Source: Toensbergia leucococca
Taxonomy: Eukaryota
Length of the DNA: 64,000 nucleotides
Assembly: GCA_022813965.1 (NCBI GenBank)
Contig: JALDZS010000045.1
Location: 62,001 to 126,000, forward strand
Direction of reading: 5' to 3'
Both the position numbers and the translations under genes were made by a program. This document shows, one piece after another, positions 51,078 to 64,000 of the stretch (its first letter is position 1; each line of letters begins with the position of its first letter). The notes under the pieces were generated by a model. That model saw only the letters and a program-made list of their open reading frames with translations. It was not told the origin of the DNA and searched no databases.

Positions 51078-52970
51078 ATGATGACTTTCATCTCAACCCA
51101 ATTGTCATCTTTCTTCCGTGCAAGCTCTACCGCCATCGCTTCCTACCTCCCTTATCTCTTTATTCTCCTCTTCGTCGCTTTCATTCTATCATTCTTTCAT
51201 TCTTGGTACCGTCTTCGCCATTTCAAAGGTCCATGGATAGCCTCTTTCTCCTCCCTCTGGCTAGTTAAAACGGCCATTTCGGGCAAGCTGAATCTAGAGT
51301 TTCATCGAGTTGTCCGAGAATACGGTCACTTACCTTTATTTCTTTAAACAAAGGTCACCAAGAACACTCATTGCTGAGTACAGGTAATTTCGCACGTGTT
51401 GGATACAACGATCTGGTCACCGATGATCCCGACACTCTACGCTACATCTTGGGCACTAGAACATCATATCCACGATCCGAGAATTATAATGCTATGAGGA
51501 TAGATCCCTACGTTGATAGCATCTTGTCTGAACCCGATGAAGCCAAGCACGATCGTCGCAGGGCACAAATGGCCGGTGGTGTAAGTTTAGGAACCCTACT
51601 TGGCATCGATCCCCGTTGACTTGGGTAGTATGCGGGAAAGCAAAACCCAAATCTGGAGCGAGACATCGATGAACAGATTCTTTCCATGATCGATTTACTG
51701 GAGAGAAAGTATCTCTCTTCGGGCTCAAATTTACGAAAGATGGATTTTAGCAGGGTCGCCCAATATTTTACCCTCGATGTCATTACTAAGATTGCCTACG
51801 GCGATGCATTTGGCTATCTACTCAAGGATGAAGATGTGCACTCGTATTGTCAAACAACAGAGGAAATAATGCCACTTATTACCATCCTCACTACGATTCC
51901 GTTTGTGTTGCGTTTTCTCAATCTTCCATGGGTGCGAATGCTGACGGGTCCTTCGCCAAGAGATGAAAAGGGAGTAGGCAAATTGATGGGGTAAGTAATC
52001 ATCGTTCTCTGTGACTATACTGGTTGTTATATAATAAAGTCTCCCGCAGGCTCGCTCAGCATATTGTGGATGCAAGATACGGTTCAGACAAAACAGACCA
52101 GCCTGACATGCTGGGGGCCTTTGTTCGGAATGGCCTTTCTCAAAGACAAGTAGAAGCTGAGGTCCCATTGCAGATGTAAGATTGTTCATCTTACTCCCAT
52201 GGCTACTTCTTTCTCAATTACAAACCAAGCTCATTTGGTTCATTCACAGCATGGCTGGTTCCGATACAACGGCCACCGCTATCCGCTCCACTTTCCTCCA
52301 CCTCATTACCACACCCCCCATTCTTCTCAAACTCCGGGCGGAAATGGACGCTGCCATTGCCTCTGGAACAATCTCCGATCCCATTACCAACAGCGAGGCC
52401 AAAACGCTTCCCTATCTTCAAGCCTGCATCAAGGAGGGTCTACGCATTCGGCCGCCCGTTGAAGGACACACGGCCAAGGCAGTTCCGAAGAACGGTGACG
52501 TCATCAATGGCCGCTTCATTCCAGGCGGCACTAAGATCAGTACATCTTACTTAGCCGTCCAGAGGAATAAAATCTACGGCGTGGACGCTGAAGTCTTCCG
52601 GCCGGAACGATGGCTCGAGGCCGATAGCGGGAAGAGATTTGAAATGGAAAGGGTTCTCGACTTGGTGTTTAGCTATGGGAAATGGCAGTGTCTGGGTAAA
52701 CCGGTTGCGTTTATGGAATTGAACAAGGTTTTCATTGAGGTTAGTAAGATAGCTTTCTCCCTTTCTATAGTATTGTTATTTCGGAAGTGGAGAGGAGGAT
52801 TGCGAGAATAAAGAGTGTATTTACTAAGGCTTGGTCTGATATAGCTTCTTCGTCGGTTCGATTTCACGATCATTGATCCTGAGGTGCCGTGGAAGTGCCG
52901 GAATTATAATCTATATACTCAGACGGAGATGTTTGTCAGGGTGACAAGGAGGGGGGACGGTGTGCGTTGA
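51078..52970 (+). CDS. Cytochrome P450 (pisatin demethylase-like group)
   Basis: N-terminal TM and KGP, AGSDTTA, KEGLR, FRPERW and heme motif FSYGKWQCLG. Five introns. Confidence 0.95.
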
Positions 52971-53951
52971 TTGATGGATGTGTTGGCTTTGATGATGACC
53001 TTCAAATTTAGAGTTGGTGGTGTTGTTGTTGTTGTAATCTTTGATGAAAAAATAACAGATGATGAGTGTCGTACTCTATATCCACGCCGACAAGTCCAAT
53101 CACATATTAGCGCGCCGGCGGCGTATGGCATGATCTGGTCTCCTTACTTGGCTGCCGCGCTTTTCGAGAGAAGAGAATCTTGAGGGGATTCCGTGGTCTA
53201 TGAACAGAGCTAGTCGCCGCGTCATCCTGAAAAAGATCAAGGATTGAAAAGCTCTCAATACAGACTTGAGTACCATTTTTTCTTGGAACGAGCTTATTGA
53301 CGATGATGTCGAATAGGGAATTTCAGCAAGCCCATATCATGATAACTTGGCAGACTATGGGCATTCATACTTGGAATACGTGTTTGCTCAAGCATTGAAA
53401 AGATTGAAAAGATTGAAAAGACTCAGTGCGGGATTCAGTCTATTATGACGGAGAATTTTCAACGTTCCCACGGCAGTGACTTCTGGTTGATTGGAAGTAA
53501 GGTGGCATACACGTTATCATCCCTTCTAACATCGGGCCAGTCATCTGAGACTTTTACACCAAGGCAGTCTTCTCGTTCGTCTCGTCCATACAGGGTCAAA
53601 CTTAAGCAGAGACAACATCTCAAGTTTGCTTCAACCTTTCATCCACCTCTTGACTTCCTCTATCAACATATAGCTCAACTCCCAAAATATTGCAAAATCT
53701 TCGTCCAAACCGCGATTGATATCTCCATCTGCCACAGCCATTCCTCGCCGCTTTTACTGGCACAGATACCAGTTCGCTGGGTGACGCACCGAGTCTGACA
53801 TTCCAGACAAGCATTCATATAATAAAAGGAGGCTCCACCAACCCACCTTGGCACACCCGGACTTTGCCTTTACAGTACCACCCGCATCAAATTCTCTGAA
53901 AGGATTTATTCAAACTAATTTACTCATCGACAACACCACCTACGAAAAGCA

Positions 53952-54617
53952 ATGCTCCTCCTCCTCCTCTTCTCCCTCACCCTAACCCTCCTCTCCCCCG
54001 CTACCGCCGCAAAATGCTACTACCCCAACGGCTCCCCCGCCCCGCACGACACCCCCTGCACCACCAAAGGCGATGCCGCCACCCTCTGCTGCGGTCCAGG
54101 CTATACCTGCCACCCATCCCAAATCTGCGAAAAAGCTGCTTTGGGCCCTCAGGGAAACGAGGGCATTTATGGCGCTGAGGAGGGCGGTAGTACCTTTGTG
54201 CGCGGCAGCTGCACGGATCGCAGCTGGCGGGCTGCTGAATGCCCGTATTTTTGTCCGGGTGCTGCGAATTCGACTTATGGTATCGATTCCCCTCTAGCTC
54301 CGTCTTTTTCTTCCATTTCACCCCGTAGAGGCTGAGAAGAGGAATTTTGTACCAACGCCTTTGGAAGGAAGACTGACGGATTCTAAGTAGAGAGCGCAGG
54401 ACCCCTCAACAACACCACTCCTCACAACCGTCCTTTTCACCCCCCAGCTCTCAACCACACCCTCCTTCCCCCTCTCAAAAAATGCGGCAATAATCTCGAG
54501 GCTATGAATAGTAGTGGAACTTATTGCTGCGTTGATGGTAATTTGAGTAATTGCTAGTGCCAGCTTGAGCGTGGGGGCGTGGCGAGGTTGACTTCGTTTG
54601 TGGAGGCACGTTCTTGA
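53952..54617 (+). CDS. Small secreted Cys-rich protein with an in-frame TAG (truncated or pseudogenising)
   Basis: Signal peptide, CYYPNG..PC..CCGPG..C...RGSCTDRSW...CP.FC. Intron 54280-54390 (CTGAC branch), then KC..TYCC..NC*CQ with TAG at 54555-54557. Confidence 0.7.
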
Positions 54618-54929
54618 GGGGTTCTGGGGGTGGGAAATTGGGCTTGGTGGCTTGGATGGATGAGGGGTGGTGTTGGCTGTTTTTTGGGAGGGGATGGGGA
54701 GTTGGGTGTTGGCGAGAGGGTGGAGGGGGGTTGGGTACCGGGAGCGTTGTTTGGGTGCGCAAGGAGGTGGAAAGGGCAGGGAAACTGGACGCAAAGGGGC
54801 AAAGTTGAGGCAAAGGTTCAATCCGAGAATTTAGAAAATGAATGGATTTGGCGTCCGCCGCCAGGGCAGAAGCAGATGGAACCACTGCAGCTTTTCCAGA
54901 CGTTTGTATGAAAATCTTTCCCCTTCTAA

Positions 54930-56100
54930 CCTTAACATTAAATCCCCTCTTTTTTTTTGACACAAGAATGATTAATGTTTTTGAATACTTTTCTTTTTGT
55001 GTAAGAAGGTGATGTTGAGATCTGAAAGCAGCCCCCTCACCCTAATCATCAGGGTCTAAATCATATGTGATGCAGAATGAAATAAAAATTCAATTATAGA
55101 AGAAAAGAGATTTGTTTAAAGAGGTGAGTTAGTAGATATTTCACTCACTTATTCAATCAGTCTAACTTTTATTTAAGTTTTATAAGCTTTAGTGATGATT
55201 ATTGCATCAGTTTGAGGTAGTTTAAGATGAGATTATGACATGATGTTTCATAGATTGAATAAGTAAGTGAGCTGTGTAGTTTCTTATCTCTTTTAATAGA
55301 TATTTTTTCTCTTATAATGAAATTTTACTTACCCTGTATTATACTTGTGTCACTGAAAAGTCTATCCCCTTGACAGTCTAACCTGATCAGAACAATCAAT
55401 AAGATCCCTTACATTTTCACTTATTCTGAGATGTTAGTGACTTGATTAAGGGACTCTGATTCAATAAGACTGTCAAGAGAATAGACTTTCTAGTGACATA
55501 AGTATATGAGTTAAAAACTAACACACTTAAAAGAGCAGAGATTTTTATTTATGAATTCAAGTATTAGTATTAAGAGAAAATAAAGCTTTTTCATTCAACT
55601 GCAGTGAATAGTAAGAGCAAAACTCAACATCACTTCTAAAAATTTCTTATATTTTCTCTTTCTTCATAGATTCTTCTTTCTGTGCTCTTTTCATACATTT
55701 TTTTAAAATTATTTCACAGACTGTGTTTTTTTTGTTTAGTACTTTTTGCGTTGTGAGAATAGATACAATCATGCTTGAGTCATAAAGCACTTATTTTACT
55801 ATTGTATAAAAGAGTGCTTTTTATGTGAGAGTATAATGTCTATATCACTTGATGTGTAAAGAGAGTAAAATAGTCAGCTTGACTGATTAATCAGGGGTAA
55901 ACGTAAAGGGTCTTTTTTTGAGAGAGCTTGATAAGGCTGAGATTGAGAGGGATTTCATGAGATAGGGTTGATTGTGCATGACTTTTTTTTTGTGTTTATG
56001 TTGTTTTAGAAGATACTGAACATGTGTGAGGTCTGATATTTTTGATGCTGAAAGATGATATGCCTCTCTATAGGTCTTGAATGCGTTACTCTAGTCTGTT
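54930..56100. mobile_element. AT-rich, CpG-depleted decayed repeat/transposon block (RIP-like or methylation-driven decay)
   Basis: Abrupt AT enrichment, almost no CG dinucleotides and no ORFs. Contains a TIR element. Confidence 0.6.
55340..55506. mobile_element. MITE with about 39-bp terminal inverted repeats and TA flanks (Tc1/mariner-type)
   Basis: Left arm atacttgtgtcactgaaaagtctatccccttgacagtct versus reverse complement of right arm atacttatgtcactagaaagtctattctcttgacagtct. All differences are transitions. TATA at both ends. Confidence 0.8.
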
Positions 56101-56343
56101 TCTCAGTGCGATTTTTATAACTGCTTCCCAATGCTGATTCCTGGTTGAATGATCTACTATAGCCGTGGAGTCGAAGCTTGGTTGATGGATCAGGGATTCA
56201 AGGACGCGGATGAAATGAGATTGATGTATGCCTGTCAGGCATGGGGCGAGTCTTCCGAAATTAGGAAATGAAGTCTTGACTATTGGACGTGCTGATGAAG
56301 TCGTAGTGAGTCCACAATTTCGTTATGTGGCACCGTAATAATA

Positions 56344-57458
56344 TCAATCCAGATAAACCATTCCATTCTGAGCATAACAGCAAGCTTCTCCCGTGTACGT
56401 ATCATTGCACACACAAGCCGAAAGGTCCATTTCAGCTCCTGTCTCCCTCTTCCCCCAGTGCCCAAACGAGGATAGAATATGATACACGCAACTCTTAGCC
56501 GCTCCTCCCATCTGCGAACTCACCGATTCTATCATGCAAAGGTAATCCGCGCATCCGCAGTCCGCTTGCGATTTGCATGGGCCACCGCAAACGGTTTGGG
56601 CCGTGGCACTCACCTCGTCGGCGGTAGTGGGTAGGCTCGATGGGTTTTGTGGATCCGCGGCGGCGGGCGAAGTGTTACTTTCTGGCATTGGCGGGTTGGA
56701 GGGCAGGTGGGAGCATGGCATGTTGTCCAACCATGTCCGCCAGCAATCGCTACGGCGGCACATTGTGCATGTTAAGTCGGAAAATCTGGAGCCGGGGCCG
56801 TAGACGTAAACGTCCAAACTCTGACTGCGAATTCCTGTATGTGCGGTTCAACATTGAATATGTAAGCCTCGGAGGAAGGAATGGCAAAGAAACGATGGTG
56901 ACATGATTTCGGGTGGACCTACCCAACCCCTTTGCCACTCCTCCCATACCTTTCCCGAGAATGCAGAAATCCATAACCCAATCCATTGCTTCCCAAATTT
57001 GAATCCATTTGGTAATCTCGGTGCGGGTCGCATTAGGCTCTTCGTTGACCCAGATGGAAACGGTGCAGGTACCTATGGACTTTTCAGACAGACAGACAAA
57101 GGTCGGCTTTGCAACTTGGGCATCAAGTCATAACATTACCCTTGGTCCTAATTAGAGGTGTCTGATATGAACGTAAAGTGTAAGAGTATTCTGGATAAGC
57201 GTCGAGGCCAAGGAACTCCTGGCTTTGTTCGACCCAGTTGACCCGCGCCGCTTGACTGGTACCAAGGGCGTTGTAAACATCCATGAGCGCGCTATTACAG
57301 TCTGTATGCAATGGCTGGCCAAAGTAGCTGGCACATGTGAGTTCAACACCTGGGACCGACTTGGCGCGGCTTGACAAAGGGTGAGAAGTGGCATTGTCAT
57401 CTGCAGTAGATGCAGCAACGCAAGACAGAATTGAACACCAAATAGGGAGAAATGACAT
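56344..57458 (-). CDS. Secreted Cys-rich protein with Ecp2/KP4-like N-domain and Cys-rich C-terminal modules, 3 exons
   Basis: Signal peptide, C..YFG.P...DC..AL, P....G|TC.VSI, W..IW.A...V..FC...G.GG. After intron 2, LDVYVYGPGS..CGGPC....DCGC..YLC..KR..CVCN.TY....CC. Confidence 0.8.
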
Positions 57459-59169
57459 GATTGAAATGGATGTTACGTCGTCTGTAATGGTGGGAAACGG
57501 TATCGGAGTGCTCTTTCATGGAGCAGGCCTGCATGATGAAGGCTGTCAATGTAAGGTCGTCTTAACATTCAAAAGCCTAGCCGTGTTTCGTTAATGCTAT
57601 TCTATCTTTCCCATCTGAGGGTATATGGTCGAATGATCAGTTTCCCATGGTAGCGCATGTAGGAGAGCGTGGGCTTGAGACGTCGCAAATGCAAAGAAAA
57701 CGTCTTCTTCATTTTTGCGACGATGCTATGCGATTGGTCAGGTACCAAGTCCTCTATTACGGAATCGTTGAATGGTATGAAGATATACATTTTCTTCGGT
57801 CGTATAGAAGAGATTCTCAATCTTCAATGACAGTGCTTCTTACCTTAGTGGTATGGGTAGACTCGGTCTGATATGCGGATATGTTAGTTTTCGCGACGTC
57901 GTCGTTCTTCTTTCACCCTAAATCATTCAATAGCTTCAAGAAAGCTATTTTTCTCCTTATTCACAATGAGCCATTCCATCTCTCGTGTCAAATGGTCCTC
58001 TATTCCAAGCCCAAATCATGTCTTGCCCCTTGGGTCTCATTTCGTCTTCTGTAAGAAGTGTCTTGAATGCCTTCTTCTCAAAGCTTGGCTATGTTAATTG
58101 GGTGTCTATCAATCAATAATGAACATTGTTGTCAACTCGCTCAATCACCATACATAGATCATGTGCAGTGGGTACTCCACTTAGCGAAAGCAGCAACATG
58201 GTCATGATAACAAAAGAGGATTTGAAAGGAGAGACCAGAGCTGCGAGAGGGAGTGGTTATTTCGACACGATATAGAGCATAGATGAAGTCTATGGTCGTA
58301 GAGTGGAGTGCCTCAATACGAAGTATTTTTTATACAACCTGGCGATTAGGGAAAAGCAATGTAGAGTACCGTATACCCGGGTTTCCTAGATATCTCTTTC
58401 CATGCCCAACTCTTCCTTTGATTGAGATGCACTCCGGGAGTCGGGGTATGTGGTCATCATGGAAAGGAACAAGTGAGGTTGGGGGAGCTCGATGTAATAA
58501 AAAGAGATGTGGCTAGCGTAAAGTACAGGAAATCTATTATACTCGTATGTCTGTTTCGATACAGCTTGACCACTTTAGGCTACCTGACCTACTCCTTACA
58601 TTCCCTCCTTCATCACTCGTCTCTCTATTATTCTTCACCTCCGGAATCTTTAAACTCGGATTCTTTTGGAGTAGCATGTCATGTTTACTACAATCTTCGC
58701 CCTATGATAGTGACTTCAGCAAGCCTTGCTTTCAGTTGTTCTTCTCAAGAAGCATGTACTCGGCCCCTCAACTTAGCAGCTATCACAGAGAGCCAACCCT
58801 GAGCATCCCTCCATCATCCTTCCCACGCCTCTAGTCCCATAGTTCAGTCTTTGTATGTCGATCATCTTAGAGTGAGACACTTTCTCTTCACCTCTTGCGA
58901 CGTTTCTCTTGCCCTGTTAATCTGAAGCTCCATAATTCCTGTCATCCCGAAAAGGTCATTCAGCTCCTGCCGGTGGGTCTGCACTTCATATCGCTAGAGA
59001 TGTGGATTAAAAAAGAAAAAAGGCTCAATGCGAGCTCATGTCTGCCGCCGCGCTTGCACAGGCGTGAATATCATTGCATCGCGATTAAGAGCATGCATGC
59101 GGAACAGTGGAGTAGTTTCATAATGATTCGTTCCCGAGACCACTCACGAGCTACGAGGAAGTAACACGC

Positions 59170-60453
59170 ATGTTACCACTTATCCTTTCTTGCAGCTGGC
59201 AACTTGCTTTTTGGACTCTGCTGAATGACTATCGTGTCAAGTCAAGACTCAAGATAGCCCAGAACAGCTTTTGACTTTAACGACCACAGAGCATGTTAGG
59301 CCCAAGAGCTTCTTGGGATTGGTATCCCCTGAACATAAACATCCCCCCTGTTACGCCGGATTTTTACATCTGTGATCCTTTCTATGGGGAGAATCTTATG
59401 TATGCTGACTGCATCGAAGCTGGAGGTCGATTGCCTCCAGGTGCTCAGATGCGAAGGGACAAATACACTTCTCGCAACCCTCTGCCGGTTACCGTCGTAT
59501 CAGGCCAATGTCAAGTTGATGTCCGACGTGCAAACATGGATTCGGAAAACAGTCCTGATGACTTCGGCCTGTTCTATGTGCCCGACGCTTTTCGAAACAT
59601 GGCAGGCTGGGTCATTCGTCAGTGTGTATCTCCATCGGCCATTGGCGGCTTTGGCACCGTTCAATTGGATAATATGATCGGTCATTTAACGAACTCGTCA
59701 AACCCTTTGGACGGGCTGCAGACCGAAGAATTCCCACCCTCCTCTACCTTCTACACCGTCACCGTTTCAAAGCCCACTGGTGACACTGTCCATGAACCGG
59801 GCTATTATGACCCTTCAATCGCCCAAGTCTTGTCGGATGCGGCGCAGCGCGCAGGCGAGGCCTTGCCCCGAAACAATGTCATGGCGCAACGATTTAAAAC
59901 CGAAGCCGACATGCTGGCCGGGCAGGCTGATGCCATGAGCCGAGGCAGCATTGTACCATGGTGGAGTTATTCATTGGCGGTGCTCGAAGATCAGATGACC
60001 TACGCGTGTGATGCTAAACTCGGGACTCCAAAGTCCGCCGACTGCACTGCGCTTGAGTATTCAGAACTTGGTCCTGACTCTGATACAGTGACAATTGGTC
60101 CTGAAGTGCTCAAATTTCTTTCTTCCAAGACCTGCAATGTTGCTATCAGCGCTGCTGTCACTGTCACGCTCACCTGGGCTCAGATCAAAGCCGCTTTGGC
60201 TACTCTGATCAACTTTTGCGTCTTACACCCGCTTATACCATCGAAGGGCGGCAGGGCTTTCGCCAAGACACTCAGTGGACGGGGAATGGAAGTCAAAAGG
60301 GGGATTGTTGATGGATTGAACGCTCTTCCGCAACATGTGAATATAGCACTCTTTGAGCAGCACGAACCAATCCCTGCAAATCCCTTGAACGAGATTAAGA
60401 CCTGCACCTGGCAGCAAGTGATGAATGGAGGTGATACAATGACCTGTTCCTGA
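59170..60453 (+). CDS. Probable secreted protein with two Ecp2/KP4-like Cys domains
   Basis: ORF 59293-60453 has CDPFYG...DC..A..LP....GQC..VIRQCV...GGF and CDAKLG.P...DC..TC..W.QI..A...LI.FC...GGRA. A putative signal exon from ATG 59170 via a 59236-59289 intron is tentative. Confidence 0.75.
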
Positions 60454-60689
60454 GAGTTCTGAAAACCATTTGCAAGGTGATCTTTGTTGAAATCAAAGCA
60501 TGAGCTTCTTCCTACGAGTACGTTAGTGACAGAACATATGTCCCTGACAAGAGTCAAATACGTAAGGCTTCATGTCCAAGTATTGGTTGTCCTGCTATCC
60601 GTCAATACTTACATCAAACAACTCGTTTTCGGACCCTATGCTCCTAGCACATTGTGAAACCTACCACGGCTCATAAAGTGTTATAGATC

Positions 60690-61447
60690 CTTTGAAAATA
60701 TTTCCCTTCGCAGGGTTTCACCTAATTACGTGTTTCATGAGAAAAATCCAGACCGGACTCGGTGTGCCTTTCAATTTGGTCGGGATACCGATAGGCTGCC
60801 TCGAGTGCGGGCTCTAACCGCACTGCCAAATTCGTCGGCTTCCATATGAAGATAACAGCGTCGTGCGAAGTACATTGGGCTTAACTCGACGTTTCCCCAT
60901 TTGATTACCTTCGTCATCACGACGACCCGGACACTCCCCTCTTTGTGAATTTCGGCGGTGGCTTGGGCCATCAGTACCTCCGTCCTGAAAATGAAGGTCC
61001 GCACCAGCCACCAAAGAGTGAGTTATACATCCTTCAAGATCTGTCCCGCACCATTCAACAGCTTCAACCCATAGACGTTGTTGAAGCAATGCCCGTCAAT
61101 TTGTGGACCCGGCAGCCCCTCAAAGGCGCATGAGCTTACTACATGCGCAACATTAAGCATGGTTATCCTGACGACAAATGCATCGCTACATTCCACTACG
61201 TCATGGCTGCTATGGACCAAGATTCGGTGCTTCTGATCGATGACATGGATCCTGCCGGATGTGAAGGTGCCCTGGCGAGCTACACAGCTGGATTTTCTGA
61301 TAATGGTATCTTTGGCCGCAATGGAATGATCATAGAAGGAATAATATGCTTTGATGAAGGCTGCTCGGTTGAGGATTGAGGAGGTTTGAACTTGTCCTCA
61401 AGGGGTTAGAGATGATATCATTGTGATAGTACTAAGACAAGGTGACT
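60690..61447 (+). pseudogene. O-methyltransferase (Methyltransf_2 type) fragment
   Basis: FVNFGGGLGHQ, ILQDL, QPLKGA*AYYMRNIKHGYPDDKC, LLIDDM, then frameshifted ATQLDFLIM..LAAME. TGA at 61131-61133 and further stops. Confidence 0.85.
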
Positions 61448-62181
61448 AGGCGTGCTAGGTAATAAGATTAAGTGTTCAGTCATGTTGTCATTAACAGATG
61501 TATGAATGATAACTGATTTGATGACTCATTTGACATCTTATCTTGTAATTCAGTAGTATCTTAACACGCAAATCACTCATCTGCCATCATTGTTGAATAT
61601 GCAAATTGTGAAGTTCTTGAAGTGAGTAAAGGTGTCATGAGAGATGAATGTAAGAGATATATATATTATGTACCGTATAATCTGTCATGTAAGACATGAT
61701 TTTGTTTAAAGGATACTGCAGGAGTATAAGATATGGTTCCAATTGGCCTTCAGACGATGAACGGACTATAAATAGGACTAGGATCTTATATGACAGATTA
61801 TACGGTATTGTAATTGTTTCAGATGTAGAGATGAGTGACTGGAATCAAAAGGGTCAGAGAGAAAAGATGAATTGAATTCAGTTTCATGACCGTGATGATG
61901 ATGGAGAAGAAGAAGAAGAGAAAAGAAAAAAAGATCATAAAAGACCATGGAACTCACAAATGATGGGAAAATAGTTCATTTAATCAATCAGTGAGGATGA
62001 AGAAGGTTGTATGAACTTTGAGATTACATGATACATTTCGCCTTCGTACAGTCGTTACTATGACTCCTACTTTAAAATTACACATACCTATCCCCACGTA
62101 CTATAGCAGGGGATGGTAATTCCGGCATTTACTTAACAAAGTGAACAAATTCCCTGGTCGCCAGGACACACATGGTGTATA

Positions 62182-64000
62182 TCACCACCCCCATACCACC
62201 CCGGCACCCACCACCATCCAAGCACCAACCCAGATCCCCAGCCACTTGTCCCATTTCCCTCCAGCCTCACCCGTAAACGCTTCGGCTGAAAGGGACGATG
62301 AGGACGGGGATGGGGACGGCGACGAAGGCGAAGGTTTGAAACCAAACCCAGAATTAATGAAGCCCGCCAGCCCAGAAGAATTACGACTCGTCGCCAGCCC
62401 AAAACTCAACGTACTCGATCCAACGACCAGTGCCGAGCTCCCAGGTGCTAGAGACACAGGAGTGCCGGAAATGGTGACTTCTCGGCCAGGTGTGAGGGTC
62501 GTACCTGCTACCATGATTGGGGAGCCTTGGGGCGGGGAGGTGATTGTTTGGCCTGCGATGGTGGCGATGGCGAGATTAGCAGATGTTTGTTCGGACAACT
62601 GGATTGTGCTGTCACCGACTACGATAGCGGAGCTACCCGAGAGGAGAGAGATGGTAGTGCCAGGGAATGTGACTGCCACACCAGGGTATAGGGTTGTGCC
62701 TGCTATTATGATTGGAGAGCCTTGTGGTGGAAGGATGATTGTGTGACCTGCGATGGTAGCAATCGCGGTGGGGGAGGGTGGGAAGTAGGTTGGGATGGCC
62801 AAAGTAACGCTGCTGCCAACTACGACACCATCATTATTGACAGTGACTTGGGTGCCAGCGATCGTGGCGGCTGACCCGCCCATGAAAAGAGAAATGTCGC
62901 CGCCAACGGATACGTTTCTATTTGCGCTAGGATCGATGACGATGGAAGTGTTGCTGATACTTCCGGTAGTAGCTGATTGGGACTGGGCGCTTGGTACAGG
63001 TATCAAAAAGGGTAGAGGATCTGGGATTTGGGTCAGAGCAGATGATGCTGAGTTTGACGATGCTGGATCATATGATATCCCTTGATTATTTGGAATAATG
63101 GTAGGATATGACGAGGCCCATGAAGATATTGAAGACTGCAAAGGGTTGACTCTTTCTGGCGAAGATGATGCCGGAATAGAAAGGATCGGATCAACGGGAC
63201 TCCCTAGATCAATTGAAGAGATAGCGAGAGAAGTAGGTGTTTCCGAGGCATTGAACGATATCTTATGATCTACACGTGACGCTGCTGAATGGTTCGATAT
63301 TTGTATAGGGTCTGCATTTATCGGCGATGGTAAAGGTACAATTGAAGGATCTGTACTAGTTGGTACGGGTGGTGGTGGTGTCTTAGATGGTGGGTTTGAA
63401 AATGATTGTACAGGTTGCGGTGGTATTGGAGTCGGCGCAGATATTGGTGTAAGTACAGCTGCCCTGATCAAAGCGTGAGGAGGGTCGTAGAATCCTCCAA
63501 TCCCGTTGGGTTCACAACTCTGCCACAATGGATCCAAGCCTAACACTGCCTTTGGGACTTTGATGATCGGATGACAAGGATCTATGCCCCAGTACCCAAA
63601 AATGTCATCAAGCCGGTCAGTTGCAATGTATCGATAGCCAGACGCCGTCGAACAATTCCGTTTCAAGTCAGCGTAGTTGAGCTGCTTGGGGGGCCCGATT
63701 CGTGTACGGCAATCCCACCCTTTATCATCTTTGCCGACGATGGAGGAACAGGGCTGTAACGTGGAAAGTTCCGTGGGCCCGAAAGACAGCGTTGTGTTGA
63801 TGTAGACTTTCCCTAATTGCCCGCATAGATTGTTTGCAAGTATACTTGAAAAGCCAATGTAAACACTAGGAGAGGTACTACATGGTCGGTTAGCTTGTAG
63901 ATATTACTAGACTTGGTAGATTCCACGAACAAGGTGAATCCATTCGAGACGACCGTCGTCACATTGGCCAAGGATGCCGAAGCAGAAGTCGGCCAGAACA
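62182..64000 (-). CDS. Cell-surface protein with Cys domain, Ser/Pro linker, TLxPG..TISGT.VSL repeats and hydrophobic C-terminus (5' end outside window)
   Basis: VYIGF..I.A.N.CG..G...T.SFGPTELST, PC.PII.VP...LDP.W..C..GFYDPP.AL, duplicated IATIAG.TI..PPQGSPI..AGTTL.PG and C-terminal AFTG..hydrophobic tail. Confidence 0.82.

Overview
This is intron-rich eukaryotic DNA from a filamentous ascomycete (short GT-AG introns with CTRAC/CTAAC branch points). The secreted-protein families hint at a lichen-forming lineage, but that is inference. About 21 intact or near-intact genes are supported. Conserved genes include a Mn-type CDF transporter, HOM2/asd, DML1/misato, an SDR, a DENN/Anr2-like gene, NOP1 head-to-head with RPL17, and an F-box gene. 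The right-hand accessory part carries a HeLo-like-NB-ARC-TPR NLR, a P450, Cys-rich secreted genes (including a divergent pair of Ecp2/KP4-like candidates), a MITE in an AT-rich decayed block and an O-methyltransferase pseudogene. A decayed GH3 beta-glucosidase lies at about 7.1-9.4 kb. The leads most worth testing are the divergent secreted pair, the NLR with a spliced terminal TPR exon, an orphan helical/beta-propeller gene head-to-head with an atypical amino acid permease, and recurrent C-rich to G-rich skew flips. Exon boundaries were read by eye and no database search was run.
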